From contig CALVRD010000001.1 of the NCBI GenBank assembly GCA_944358435.1, positions 7,977-71,976 of the forward strand: a stretch of 64,000 nt of DNA, read 5' to 3'. The notes under the pieces were generated by a model, which saw only the letters and a list, made by a program, of their open reading frames with translations, had not been told where the DNA came from and did no database searches. This DNA comes from an uncultured Bacilli bacterium. GTDB taxonomy: Bacteria; Bacillota_I; Bacilli_A; RF39; UBA660. Of this stretch, positions 16,457 through 26,897 are shown piece by piece (the stretch's first letter is position 1; every line of letters begins with the position of its first letter). The position numbers and the translations under genes were made by a program.

Positions 16457-18280
16457 CTAACTATTTCCTGACGTATTATTATCAGATGTATTATTATCTT
16501 TATCACCAGTTCCATCTCCTGGTTTTTCACTAGGTTTTTCTTCTGGTTTTTCCTCCGGCTTTTTAGCAACAACTATTCTTAAAGATGTCCCCTTATATAT
16601 ATTACTACCAACTGCTCTAGATTGACTAATAACTTTACCTTCTTCATATTCCGTAGTTTCTTGATATTGAACTGATAAATTTAATTGATACTTACTCGCA
16701 AAAGCTTCAACATCACTAATAGTCCATCCTTCAGCATTCATATCTGGAAATTTATCCATTATATTTGGAATAAATAAGGTAATTTTATCTCCTTCTTTTA
16801 CTTCTGATCCTGCCGCTAAAGATTGTCCAATTATTTCTTGTTCATCATATTCCTTATCATCAGTATTTTCAATATCTTTCTTTTCAATTGTAACTTCTAA
16901 TCCATAATTAGTTTCAAGAATTGTTTGAATTTCAATATAATTTTTACCTGTATAATCCTCAATTATATAAACTTCTTCACCAGCCGATTTATAAATCGTC
17001 ACAACTGTTCCTTCTTTTACACTTCTTCCTTCTTCTGGATCCGTTCTAATAACTCTATTTTTTTCTATCTCATCAGACTCTTCCGTCTTAATTGTTGTTT
17101 CTACTTCAAGTCCCACTTTTTGTAATTTCTTTTCACAATCACTAACTTTTAATCCAACACAACTAGGAACTGTTACTGGTTTAGGCGAATTAGTCTCAGG
17201 AAGAACAAAAAAAACTACTACCAAAGCAATAACTAATAAAGAAAAAATAACTGTTAAAACTATTATAACTATATTAGTCTTTTTTCCCGTATTATCTTCT
17301 ATTTTAGTCGCAATTATCATATCTTCCTCATCATTATTTTCTTGTATTTTAATTGAAGCAGTATCATCATCTGAGGAACTCATATCTTTAATTTTAGACT
17401 TCTTTTCATATTCATGTTCTGGATATTTGTACTTATAAGGTTCTTCATTCATTCTTTCATCATCTAAAGCTGTCAATAAATCTAAATGCATACTCTTAAC
17501 TGTATCATAACGATTCTTTGGATTTTTAGCAGTCGCTTTAAGAATAATATTTTCAATACTTTGTGGTATTGCCGGATTATCTTCTCTCAAACTAGGAAGT
17601 GGATCTCTCATATGTTTAAGCGCTATTTCCACCGCATTGTCACCTTTAAATGGTAAACTTCCACTTAATAGTTCATAAAAAATAATTCCCATCGAGTATA
17701 TATCACTTCGGGTAGTACAGCCTTTGCCACTAGCTTGTTCTGGTGGTAAATAATGAACCGAGCCCATTACTGAATTAGTTTGGGTTAACTGTGTTGAATT
17801 AAGAGCCATCGCAATACCAAAATCCGTAATTTTAATTTGCCCATCATCTTTAATCATAACATTTTGTGGTTTTAAATCCCGATGAATAATATAAGCATCA
17901 TGAGCATGAGCCATACCATCTGTAAGTTGTAACATTATATCAATAGCTTCGGATAATGTTAAACTTCCACGCTTCTTTAGTAATTGTTTTAGCGTCTTTC
18001 CTTCAATATATTCCATAACAATATAGTAAAGGCCATTATCTTCCCCTACATCATATACTTCAACTATATTAGGATGAGCTAAAGATGAAGCCGATAAAGC
18101 TTCTCGTTGAAATCTTCTAACAAACTTTTCATCATTAGATAAATCTCCTCTTAATATTTTAATTGCTACATTTCGATCCAAAATAGTATCATAGCCAAGA
18201 TAAACGTTAGCCATGCCACCTTCTCCTATTGAACGAATTATTTCGTAACGATCATTAATTTTTTGCCCCTTTGTTATCAA
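16457..18280 (-). CDS. prkC: Ser/Thr protein kinase with PASTA repeats (PrkC-like)
   Basis: Hanks kinase motifs (HRDLKPQN, DFGIA), a TM segment, and C-terminal PASTA-like repeats. Confidence 0.9.
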   Translation of the reverse strand: MITKGQKINDRYEIIRSIGEGGMANVYLGYDTILDRNVAIKILRGDLSNDEKFVRRFQREALSASSLAHPNIVEVYDVGEDNGLYYIVMEYIEGKTLKQLLKKRGSLTLSEAIDIMLQLTDGMAHAHDAYIIHRDLKPQNVMIKDDGQIKITDFGIAMALNSTQLTQTNSVMGSVHYLPPEQASGKGCTTRSDIYSMGIIFYELLSGSLPFKGDNAVEIALKHMRDPLPSLREDNPAIPQSIENIILKATAKNPKNRYDTVKSMHLDLLTALDDERMNEEPYKYKYPEHEYEKKSKIKDMSSSDDDTASIKIQENNDEEDMIIATKIEDNTGKKTNIVIIVLTVIFSLLVIALVVVFFVLPETNSPKPVTVPSCVGLKVSDCEKKLQKVGLEVETTIKTEESDEIEKNRVIRTDPEEGRSVKEGTVVTIYKSAGEEVYIIEDYTGKNYIEIQTILETNYGLEVTIEKKDIENTDDKEYDEQEIIGQSLAAGSEVKEGDKITLFIPNIMDKFPDMNAEGWTISDVEAFASKYQLNLSVQYQETTEYEEGKVISQSRAVGSNIYKGTSLRIVVAKKPEEKPEEKPSEKPGDGTGDKDNNTSDNNTSGNS

Positions 18281-19023
18281 TTTTTGCCACCTTCTTCTTC
18301 ACGAATCAAATAAGCAACCGAAATATTATCTGTTCCACCCCTATTATTAGCTTTCTTTATTAACTTAATTACTTTATCTTCTACATCACCGGCAGATAGT
18401 AATACTTTTTCTATCTGTTCCTTATCTAACATATTAGTAAGTCCATCACTAGAAAGCAATATTTCTGTAATATCCATATCACAATCAAATATATCAACAT
18501 CTATTTCTAATGAAGCCCCCAAAGCTTTCATAAGTACATTTTTCTTTGGATGAACACTAGCTTCTTCTTTTGTAAGCTCTCCAGCACTAACTAATAAATT
18601 AACTAGTGTATGATCATAAGTAACTTTATGTAACTTATTGTCTTTCATTACAAAACCACTAGAATCTCCAACATTACCAAAAAGTAAATAATCTTTAGTA
18701 AGTACAGCCATAACCAAGGTCGTACCCATTCCTTTACTCTCTGGATGCATCTTTTCATGCTGGAAAATAAGTGTATTTATCTCTTCTACCGCATCTCTTA
18801 TCCAATTAACAGCATTAACTTTATTTAGATGTAAAAATGTTTCTTTAAAATGTTTTCCTAAATATCCAATCGCAATCGAACTAGCTACTTCACCAGCAGA
18901 ATGACCACCCATCCCATCAGCAATAGCCATTAAATATTCTCCATCATTATTTTTTACGATGATGACACTATCTTCATTATGACTACGAACTTTTCCAGCA
19001 TCGGTCAAATAAAATGATTTCAT
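18277..19023 (-). CDS. prpC: PP2C-family Ser/Thr phosphatase
   Basis: DGMGGH and later Asp motifs; the probable start is MKSFYLTDAG, giving an ATGA overlap with rlmN. Confidence 0.85.
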   Translation of the reverse strand: MKSFYLTDAGKVRSHNEDSVIIVKNNDGEYLMAIADGMGGHSAGEVASSIAIGYLGKHFKETFLHLNKVNAVNWIRDAVEEINTLIFQHEKMHPESKGMGTTLVMAVLTKDYLLFGNVGDSSGFVMKDNKLHKVTYDHTLVNLLVSAGELTKEEASVHPKKNVLMKALGASLEIDVDIFDCDMDITEILLSSDGLTNMLDKEQIEKVLLSAGDVEDKVIKLIKKANNRGGTDNISVAYLIREEEGGKN

Positions 19024-20042
19024 ACACCCTCCTTTTTGCTTCTTAGTTGTCCACAAGCAGCACTAATGTTTCCTCCAAATTCTTTTCTTATCGTCACATT
19101 AATCTTATTCTTTTTAAGTATATCATAAAATTTCATTATTTGAATAGTACTACTTCTCTTAAAATTTAAATTATTTGTCTCATTATAAGGTATTAAATTA
19201 ATATAACAGTTTAAATTTTTAACTAAATTACTAAGTTCAATTGCTTGTTCAACCCCATCATTAATGCCTTCAAGTAATACATATTCAAAAGTAATTCTTC
19301 GACTTGTATTATTATAATATTCCTCTAATACTGGAATAAGTAAATCCAATGGATATACTTTATTAATAGGCATAATTTTATCTCTAATTTCATTATTAGG
19401 AGCGTGTAAACTTATAGCTAAATTAAATTGTAATCCTAAATTACTAAATTCCTTAATCTTTGGAATAACTCCACATGTAGATATTGTAATATGTCTAGCT
19501 CCAATTGCCATTCCCTTAGGATGATTAATGATCTCTAAAAAATTAATTAAATTATCATAGTTATCAAATGGTTCTCCAATTCCCATTACCACAACATGAC
19601 TGATTCTCTTTCCAAGTTCTTCTTCAATCATCAGCAATTGTAAAACCATCTCATAAGTTTCTAAATTACGAACCTTTTTCCTCCGCCCAGACTCACAAAA
19701 CTTACATCCCATATTACAACCAACTTGACTAGAAACGCAAACACTATTACCATAATCATGTCTCATTAAAACTGCTTCAATATGTTCACCGTCATAAAGT
19801 TCAAATAAATACTTACAAACATCTACATCTTTTTCAACATTAACTATTTTTAATTTAGAAATACTATAATCTTTAGAAATTTGTTCAATTAATTCTTTTT
19901 TTATATTAGTAATCTCTTCATATTCATTAATTCTTTTTTCATATAACCAAGAAAACAACTGATCAGCATGAAACTTCTTAGATCCTAAAGAAATAAAATA
20001 ATCTTCTAATTTCTCAATTGTTATTCCATATATATTATTCAT
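19020..20042 (-). CDS. rlmN: 23S rRNA/tRNA (adenine-C2)-methyltransferase RlmN (radical SAM)
   Basis: CxxxCxxC (CNMGCKFC); N-terminal KKFHADQLFSWLY matches RlmN. Confidence 0.85.
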   Translation of the reverse strand: MNNIYGITIEKLEDYFISLGSKKFHADQLFSWLYEKRINEYEEITNIKKELIEQISKDYSISKLKIVNVEKDVDVCKYLFELYDGEHIEAVLMRHDYGNSVCVSSQVGCNMGCKFCESGRRKKVRNLETYEMVLQLLMIEEELGKRISHVVVMGIGEPFDNYDNLINFLEIINHPKGMAIGARHITISTCGVIPKIKEFSNLGLQFNLAISLHAPNNEIRDKIMPINKVYPLDLLIPVLEEYYNNTSRRITFEYVLLEGINDGVEQAIELSNLVKNLNCYINLIPYNETNNLNFKRSSTIQIMKFYDILKKNKINVTIRKEFGGNISAACGQLRSKKEGV

Positions 20043-20105
20043 AAAACCACTCCAAAACATATATTTATTATTATACTATATTTCTTTAGAAAAGGAAAAA
20101 AATTG

Positions 20106-20879
20106 TTATCCAATCGGATTAACAATTTGACTATTATTACCAAAATCAGAATATTCTAAAGTAATTTTAAAACTATCAGTACAAATATTCATAAATTTAC
20201 CATAACTACTTAAGTCTAAATCAATTTCTTTCAATATTCCCTCACTATCAGCTATAAATATTATATTATTAGGTACTTCTAAAATATCTGTATTTATTCT
20301 TTCTATTCTATTAATCAAACTATTAGAAGATATTTGATAATTAAATAATCTTTTTCCATTATCAAATTCCGTTTTAGATATATATGTCGCATCAACAATA
20401 ACTTCTCCTAATCGATTAAAATTCGTAAAATCTCTAAATACATAAGGATCTGTACTTACTGTCCAAGAATCATTACTATATACATAAAAAGTTTCCCCAT
20501 CATAATAGTAATTATACCCATTAAAAGTAAACTTCTCAATATTTCCAACTTTTTCACCAGAATAAATCACTTCATTATTATCAACATTTATTCTATAAGT
20601 AAAATCATAATTTTCCTCTAATATCTTACTAACAGAATAAGTATCAGAAGAATTCATTTCATAATCTTCAGGACGCGTCATATTTTTACTACTAGTTCTA
20701 ATAACTAAAATTACAAATAAAAAGAAAATAAAGTACACTCCAAAAAATAATATTCCCTTTCCCCGCTCTGTTTTCTTTAATTCACTTACAGTAGTCTTAA
20801 TTATTTTAAAGGCATTTTCACTATCTTTTTGACTTTCTTTTACATTTTCTTTTTCTTCTTCATTCTTATCTTCAGACAT
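20106..20879 (-). CDS. Hypothetical single-pass membrane protein (257 aa) at the position usually occupied by rsmB
   Basis: Acidic N-terminus, TM segment ILFFGVYFIFFLFVILVI, extracytoplasmic domain; no motif recognised. Confidence 0.3.
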   Translation of the reverse strand: MSEDKNEEEKENVKESQKDSENAFKIIKTTVSELKKTERGKGILFFGVYFIFFLFVILVIRTSSKNMTRPEDYEMNSSDTYSVSKILEENYDFTYRINVDNNEVIYSGEKVGNIEKFTFNGYNYYYDGETFYVYSNDSWTVSTDPYVFRDFTNFNRLGEVIVDATYISKTEFDNGKRLFNYQISSNSLINRIERINTDILEVPNNIIFIADSEGILKEIDLDLSSYGKFMNICTDSFKITLEYSDFGNNSQIVNPIG

Positions 20880-21820
20880 TATTCTAACACCTTACCAACC
20901 ATATTTTCTTTATTTTGAAGCCCATTAATATAACTAGATGCATCCATTCTTTTCTTACCAAATGGCTTAATACTTGTAAGAATAATCTCTCCATCCTTAC
21001 AATTTACACCTATTCCAGACTTATATAATCCTGTGATTTCTCCAATCTTTCGATTAGAAAAGATTTTGTCGCTAATAATAGAACTATATACTTTCATTTC
21101 TTGTCCATCTAACATAACAAAAGCACCCGGCGTTGGAGATAAACCTCTAATCAAATTAAATACTTCTCTTCTTGTAATATTAAAATTAATATGTTCTTCT
21201 TCTCTTTTTATATTCCAAGCATAAGTAACTTCATCTTGATTTTGCTTTATTCTTTTATTTGTCCCCTTAATTATCTCCGGTAAAGTATCTAATAATAATT
21301 CTTTCCCTATTAAACTTAATCGATTATGTAAACTTTCCAAGTTGTCATTATCAATTATTTCTGTATCTCTTTGTGAAATAATATCTCCACTATCCATCTT
21401 AACATCCATATACATAATAGTAATACCAGTTTTTTCATAACCATCTATAATCGCTTTATGAATTGGTGCTCCTCCACGTAACTTTGGAAGTAATGAAGCA
21501 TGAACATTAATACAACCAAGTCTTGGATAATTTAAAATTTCTACTGGTATTAGTTGTCCATAAGCACAAGTAATTATTATATCAGGATTAAGATCTAATA
21601 TATCTTGATACTCTTCTCGTACTTTAACTGGCTGAAGACAAAGAATATTATTCTTAATTGCTACTTGTTTAATAGGTGTACTAACTAATTCTTGATGTCT
21701 ACCAACTTTTTTATCTGGTTGACTAACAACTCCTACTACATTATAATTTTCTATTAATCCTTCAAGTATTGGTACCGCAAAATCTGGAGTACCCATAAAT
21801 ACTACTTTTATATTTTCCAT
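20879..21820 (-). CDS. fmt: Methionyl-tRNA formyltransferase
   Basis: MENIKVVFMGTPDFAVPIL...HASLLP... matches Fmt throughout. Confidence 0.9.
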   Translation of the reverse strand: MENIKVVFMGTPDFAVPILEGLIENYNVVGVVSQPDKKVGRHQELVSTPIKQVAIKNNILCLQPVKVREEYQDILDLNPDIIITCAYGQLIPVEILNYPRLGCINVHASLLPKLRGGAPIHKAIIDGYEKTGITIMYMDVKMDSGDIISQRDTEIIDNDNLESLHNRLSLIGKELLLDTLPEIIKGTNKRIKQNQDEVTYAWNIKREEEHINFNITRREVFNLIRGLSPTPGAFVMLDGQEMKVYSSIISDKIFSNRKIGEITGLYKSGIGVNCKDGEIILTSIKPFGKKRMDASSYINGLQNKENMVGKVLE

Positions 21821-21822
21821 TT

Positions 21823-23007
21823 CTATACCCCCATACTAATCGTAATAATTGTTAAAATTACCCCTAATGCAATAAATAAAGAACCAAGTAATATTAATAT
21901 TGACACCTTTCCATATGCATTATTAAGTCTTTCAACATTACCTCTTGTAACTATATTTCTAGTTACAGAATCAATTGATTGACTATTTCTTAAAGCAAAT
22001 AAAACTTTATAATTAGGTATCTCTATAAATTTTATATCTAAACTTTCTATTCTTTTACTAACTGGAATATTATTTGACCTAGAACTAAATATTTTAAAAA
22101 TAGCTTCTCCTAAAGAACTATCACTATTTAATATATCATTAATATCTCTTAAAGCATTAAGTCCTAATGTTTTCCTCTTAACTAACATCACATTTATATT
22201 AGCTGAACCTTTCTGTAAAACTTTCCATTCATTACAACATATTTTAGTAATGTACTTTCTCTCATAATCATTAAGTCTAGCTTTCTTCATTAACTTATTT
22301 AAATTAGTAAAACACCCTAAATAATCATTCTTAAAATATGCTTCTTTATCACATAAATCACTATCTAAAGCTCCACCTAACAATCTATAAAAGTACATTG
22401 GTGAATTAACTCCATAATAGCATCCCATTACAAAACTATCTGTAAAATCTATATAGTTTTCATGAAAACTTTTCTCCATTATTGAAATTCTATTATGTTT
22501 ATTAAATATTTTATCTATCTCAATAAATTTAGAATAAGAATGTTGATATTGTTCAGGAACAAAGCCAAATCTTTTAATTTGTTCTTTATAAACACCGGAA
22601 AATCCATGAAAAAAATATCCTTCTTCTATATATTTATTATATACATATTGTAATAATTTTCTTCTTTCTTCTGAATCTTCTCTATTAGTAATATTAAGTT
22701 TTAAAGCACATAATTTACCAATAATAGTCGCAATCCCAAGATTTATATCATGAAAATTATCTAATTTTTTAAATAACTTTCTAACTTGAACAACATATTC
22801 GTCTAAAAAAACATCAGTTTCAATAATAATTTCATATTTTAATAAAGCATTAAAAAATGTAAAAAGAGCTTCCTCTGTACTTGAAATATCACAATAAATA
22901 ATCGAACTATCAGTCTTTTTATCATTATAATTGTCTGAAAAAAGTTCTTCTATAAATTCACAAACATCTTTTCTTTTAAACATTTTCTCTAACACACGCT
23001 TCACCAA
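21823..23007 (-). CDS. Hypothetical protein (394 aa) with a C-terminal TM anchor, at the position usually occupied by def
   Basis: Long ORF tightly packed (2-nt gap) against fmt; no motif recognised. Confidence 0.3.
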   Translation of the reverse strand: MVKRVLEKMFKRKDVCEFIEELFSDNYNDKKTDSSIIYCDISSTEEALFTFFNALLKYEIIIETDVFLDEYVVQVRKLFKKLDNFHDINLGIATIIGKLCALKLNITNREDSEERRKLLQYVYNKYIEEGYFFHGFSGVYKEQIKRFGFVPEQYQHSYSKFIEIDKIFNKHNRISIMEKSFHENYIDFTDSFVMGCYYGVNSPMYFYRLLGGALDSDLCDKEAYFKNDYLGCFTNLNKLMKKARLNDYERKYITKICCNEWKVLQKGSANINVMLVKRKTLGLNALRDINDILNSDSSLGEAIFKIFSSRSNNIPVSKRIESLDIKFIEIPNYKVLFALRNSQSIDSVTRNIVTRGNVERLNNAYGKVSILILLGSLFIALGVILTIITISMGV

Positions 23008-23032
23008 CCTCTAAAGCAAAACACTTATCTAA

Positions 23033-23296
23033 CTATTTACTCGAAAACCATATAAATAAATAATATAAAACTCCTATTATTGCAAAAACCCAAATAATAA
23101 AAGTAAGTATTCTTATCATAATATTATTCTTATCCCAAAAACCATCTGTTTTTCTTGAAGCATTACTCATAATATTATCAAACTCTTCTGCATTTCTTTG
23201 ATTAATTATATTTTCAACTGGAGTTTCTTCAAAAGATGAAAAAGTATCATCAGTTATTTCATCATGCTTTTTTCTATTAAAAAGCTTCTTTTTCAT
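23033..23296 (-). CDS. Small membrane protein (87 aa)
   Basis: C-terminal hydrophobic helix ILTFIIWVFAIIGVLYYLFIWF. Confidence 0.25.
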   Translation of the reverse strand: MKKKLFNRKKHDEITDDTFSSFEETPVENIINQRNAEEFDNIMSNASRKTDGFWDKNNIMIRILTFIIWVFAIIGVLYYLFIWFSSK

Positions 23297-23337
23297 AAAG
23301 AAACACCTCTATTCTAGTAATAGAATAACATATTTTT

Positions 23338-25500
23338 TTAAAAATGACTAGGATTAAAATCTATATCTATTTTAATTTTTTGATTTCCCTTATAATGTTC
23401 AATTATCTTATTAAGTACTTCTCTAATATTACCATCACTCTTATATTTTATAATAATACCATATCTATAAATATTATTTAATTTAAAAATAGTACATGGA
23501 GAAGGGCCTAATATTATTGAATTAGTAATATTTCGATCAAGTGCTCTTTTAATTTTGTTTGCTTCTCCACCCAAAATATCTTTATCTTTTCCACTTATCT
23601 TAATATAACAAATAAAGTAATACGGAGGATATTTTAATTCTCTTCTAATACTCATTTCCTTATTATAAAAACCTATATAATCATGTCTTTTAGTATATTC
23701 TATCGCATAATGTTCAGGATTAAAGGTTTGAATAATAACTTGTCCGCTTTTCTTACTACGCCCACTTCTACCAGCAACTTGTGATAATAAGGAAAAGGTA
23801 TTTTCACTACTTCTAAAGTCGGGAATATTTAAACTAGTATCAGCATTAATTACTCCTACTAATGTTACATCTTCAAAGTCTAATCCCTTCGCAACTATCT
23901 GAGTTCCAAGTAATATATCATACTCATGCTTTTTAAAGGCTGTAATCATCTTTTCATGCATTCCCTTACGACTTGTCGTATCAACATCCATTCTTAGTAT
24001 TTTACTTTCAGGAAATAACTTATGAAGTTCTTCTTCTATCTTCTCAGTTCCAACACCAATATCACTAATAGACTTCTCCCTACATTCTGGACACGTATCA
24101 TAAACTTTAGTACCATATCCACAATAATGACATCTAAGCGTATTACTAGTTTTATGATAAGTAAGTGTAATATCGCAATTAGGACATTTAAAAGTATAAC
24201 CACATGACTTACAACTAATAACTGATGAATACCCACGTCGATTAAGTAACAATATTACCTGCTCTTTTTTAGAAAGTTTATCCGCAATAGCCTCAACTAA
24301 GGTTAAAGAAAAATGTCCCTTACTTTGCTTAATTCCTAAATTCATATCAATTATATCTACTTTAGGCAATTCACGTCCATTAATTCGATTAGATAAAGAT
24401 AATAACTTATAAACATTTTTTTTAGCTCTCGCAAATGCTTCAAGCGATGGCGTAGCACTTCCCATTACTACTGGACAGTCATAATATTTTCCACGAATAA
24501 TTGCAATATCTTTTGCACTATATCTTGGATTAGAATCATCTTGTTTATAAGAATCACTGTGCTCTTCATCTATAATAATCATTCCAATATTATTTAGAGG
24601 CGCAAATATAGCACTTCTAGCCCCAATAACGATCTTCGCTTCCTGTCTTACAATTCTTCTCCATTCATCGTATTTTTCCCCATCAGATAAAGCTGAATGA
24701 ATTGCTGCAATATTATTCCCAAATCTTCTTTGAAATCTTTCTACCATCTGTGGAGTTAAACTTATCTCTGGAACTAAAACAATACTAGTTTTTCCTCTTG
24801 CTAAAGCTTTATCTATAAGTTCCATATAAACTTCAGTCTTTCCACTTCCAGTAACCCCATGTAATAAATAAACATTATGAGCAAATGAAACACTATCAAC
24901 TACTTTTCTTTGATCAGAAGTTAATTGCTTTTTCTCTAACAGCCCTTCATTATAATTAAGTCTATAATGTTCCCGTTTTTCTTCAACTAAAATACCTCGT
25001 CTAATTAAAGTATTCAAACTGCTAAGAGATATATCACTAAGTCTTTTTTTCAAAATAGAACCCTCAGTCCGACATAAATTTATTATTTCTTCCTGCTTAC
25101 TATTAATATTATCAATTTCAACATTAGTATTTAAAGAATAAAATGTATCATATTTTTTACTAATAGAAACACCATGTTTAGCTTTTAAAGCTTTAGGTAA
25201 CATAACTTGATAACAACTAATTAAAGTCGATAAAGTCATCTCCTGCATCTTTCTACCTAGCATCAATAACTCTTCATTTAAAACAACTTCACTATCAACA
25301 ATACCAATAATTTCTTTTAAGTTAGAAGCACCAGTCTCTTTTTTTATTTCTAAAACAAATCCCTCCAGTTTCTGATTACCAAAAGGGACTTCTACTCTAA
25401 TACCAATCTTAATATATCCTTCTAAATTACTAGGCACACTATAATCAAAAACTTTATCAATATTTTTATTTGATAATTCAACTAAAACCCCAATAATCAT
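23338..25500 (-). CDS. priA: Primosomal protein N' (replication restart helicase PriA)
   Basis: Walker A GVTGSGKT, DEEH box, C-terminal Cys-rich Zn-binding region (CKSCGY...CPNC...CHYCG...CPEC). Confidence 0.85.
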   Translation of the reverse strand: MIIGVLVELSNKNIDKVFDYSVPSNLEGYIKIGIRVEVPFGNQKLEGFVLEIKKETGASNLKEIIGIVDSEVVLNEELLMLGRKMQEMTLSTLISCYQVMLPKALKAKHGVSISKKYDTFYSLNTNVEIDNINSKQEEIINLCRTEGSILKKRLSDISLSSLNTLIRRGILVEEKREHYRLNYNEGLLEKKQLTSDQRKVVDSVSFAHNVYLLHGVTGSGKTEVYMELIDKALARGKTSIVLVPEISLTPQMVERFQRRFGNNIAAIHSALSDGEKYDEWRRIVRQEAKIVIGARSAIFAPLNNIGMIIIDEEHSDSYKQDDSNPRYSAKDIAIIRGKYYDCPVVMGSATPSLEAFARAKKNVYKLLSLSNRINGRELPKVDIIDMNLGIKQSKGHFSLTLVEAIADKLSKKEQVILLLNRRGYSSVISCKSCGYTFKCPNCDITLTYHKTSNTLRCHYCGYGTKVYDTCPECREKSISDIGVGTEKIEEELHKLFPESKILRMDVDTTSRKGMHEKMITAFKKHEYDILLGTQIVAKGLDFEDVTLVGVINADTSLNIPDFRSSENTFSLLSQVAGRSGRSKKSGQVIIQTFNPEHYAIEYTKRHDYIGFYNKEMSIRRELKYPPYYFICYIKISGKDKDILGGEANKIKRALDRNITNSIILGPSPCTIFKLNNIYRYGIIIKYKSDGNIREVLNKIIEHYKGNQKIKIDIDFNPSHF

Positions 25501-25584
25501 AGTATCACCTCTCATAAATATTATACAAAATAAGTTAGAAAAAAAGATCCTAAAATCAAGATCTTATTCCAAAAATAAATACAT

Positions 25585-25809
25585 CTAAATTATTTCTTCC
25601 TCATCTAAAGTATCAACACTAGTATTAGTAGTCAAATCTTCAATAATCTCACTACTAGTATCTTTCTTTACCTCTTCATCAAATAATATTTTTGGATCAT
25701 CAGTTAATTTATTAACATCTAATTTCTTTTCTTCACTTGCCATTAAAATCATTCCTACAACAAATGAAATGACTATTATAAGACCAAAACCTATCAAAAT
25801 TATTTTCAT
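25585..25809 (-). CDS. Small membrane protein (74 aa) with an acidic tail
   Basis: N-terminal TM helix, D/E-rich C-terminus. Confidence 0.25.
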   Translation of the reverse strand: MKIILIGFGLIIVISFVVGMILMASEEKKLDVNKLTDDPKILFDEEVKKDTSSEIIEDLTTNTSVDTLDEEEII

Positions 25810-25836
25810 CTTTATCCCTCTATTCTTTTTATATAC

Positions 25837-26886
25837 CTAAAACAAACGTAAAATATCATTTATTGTAACCACAACCATTAATAACATAAGTAACATTAAT
25901 CCAATTGCATGAATCTTATTTTCTAATTCTGGAGAAACAGGAGTTCCTTTAATCTTTTCAATTATAATAAATAGAATATGTCCACCATCAAAAGCTGGTA
26001 ATGGAAGTAAATTAATAAAGCCAACATTAATACTTAAAAATGCTACTAAGTACAAAACATTCGCAACACCAGTCTTACTTTGTTCTCCAACTATTGAATA
26101 AATTCCCACTGGCCCACTTAATTGATTAAGCTTAATTCCTCCTGTAAATAAATATCCTACTGTATAAGCCATTTGTTTAAAAATTGACCCCATCTTCTTA
26201 AATGTATATTGAATAGCATTAATAAACCCCTGTTCATTAGTTTGTTGCATTCCAAGACCATATCGATAAATTTCTTTACCATTTTCTTTAATCTTTTCCG
26301 GTTTAACTTTAAATGTTAATTCTTTATCATCTCTTTTAACAACAATAGTAGATGCTTTCTTAGGATCCGCAACAGCTAAAAATAATGACATATCATCACT
26401 AGTACTAACTTTATTTCCATTTATTCTAGTAACAATATCTCCCTTCTTTATTCCAGCTTCTATTGCTGGAAAACCTTTATCAACAGAAGTAATTACCGGG
26501 TTCATTGTTGGGCTACCCCAAACAAGAGCTATAAAAAATAAAATTAAAAATGCCGAAATAAAGTTATTACCCGCTCCAAAAAACATAATTAAAAATCTCT
26601 TAAAACAACTCTTTGATTGTAGTCTTCTATCTTCTGGAACTTTCTTTAAATCATCATCCTCAATATCTTCTCCAGCTAATTGACAAAATCCACCAATTGG
26701 AATAACTCTTAAAGTATATTCAGTTTCTTTTCCCTTTTTACTAAACAATTTAGGCCCCATACCTAAAGCAAATTCATAAACATAAACACCTGTAATCTTC
26801 GCAAAAATAAAGTGTCCAAATTCATGTACAAATATAATAAATCCTAAAATTAAAACAAATAAAATTATATTTAAAATAATTGACAA
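25837..26886 (-). CDS. rseP: RIP zinc metalloprotease RseP/RasP (site-2 protease)
   Basis: HEFGHF HExxH motif, PDZ-like middle region, LDGG motif near the C-terminus. Confidence 0.8.
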   Translation of the reverse strand: MSIILNIILFVLILGFIIFVHEFGHFIFAKITGVYVYEFALGMGPKLFSKKGKETEYTLRVIPIGGFCQLAGEDIEDDDLKKVPEDRRLQSKSCFKRFLIMFFGAGNNFISAFLILFFIALVWGSPTMNPVITSVDKGFPAIEAGIKKGDIVTRINGNKVSTSDDMSLFLAVADPKKASTIVVKRDDKELTFKVKPEKIKENGKEIYRYGLGMQQTNEQGFINAIQYTFKKMGSIFKQMAYTVGYLFTGGIKLNQLSGPVGIYSIVGEQSKTGVANVLYLVAFLSINVGFINLLPLPAFDGGHILFIIIEKIKGTPVSPELENKIHAIGLMLLMLLMVVVTINDILRLF

Positions 26887-26897
26887 ATATATCCCTC

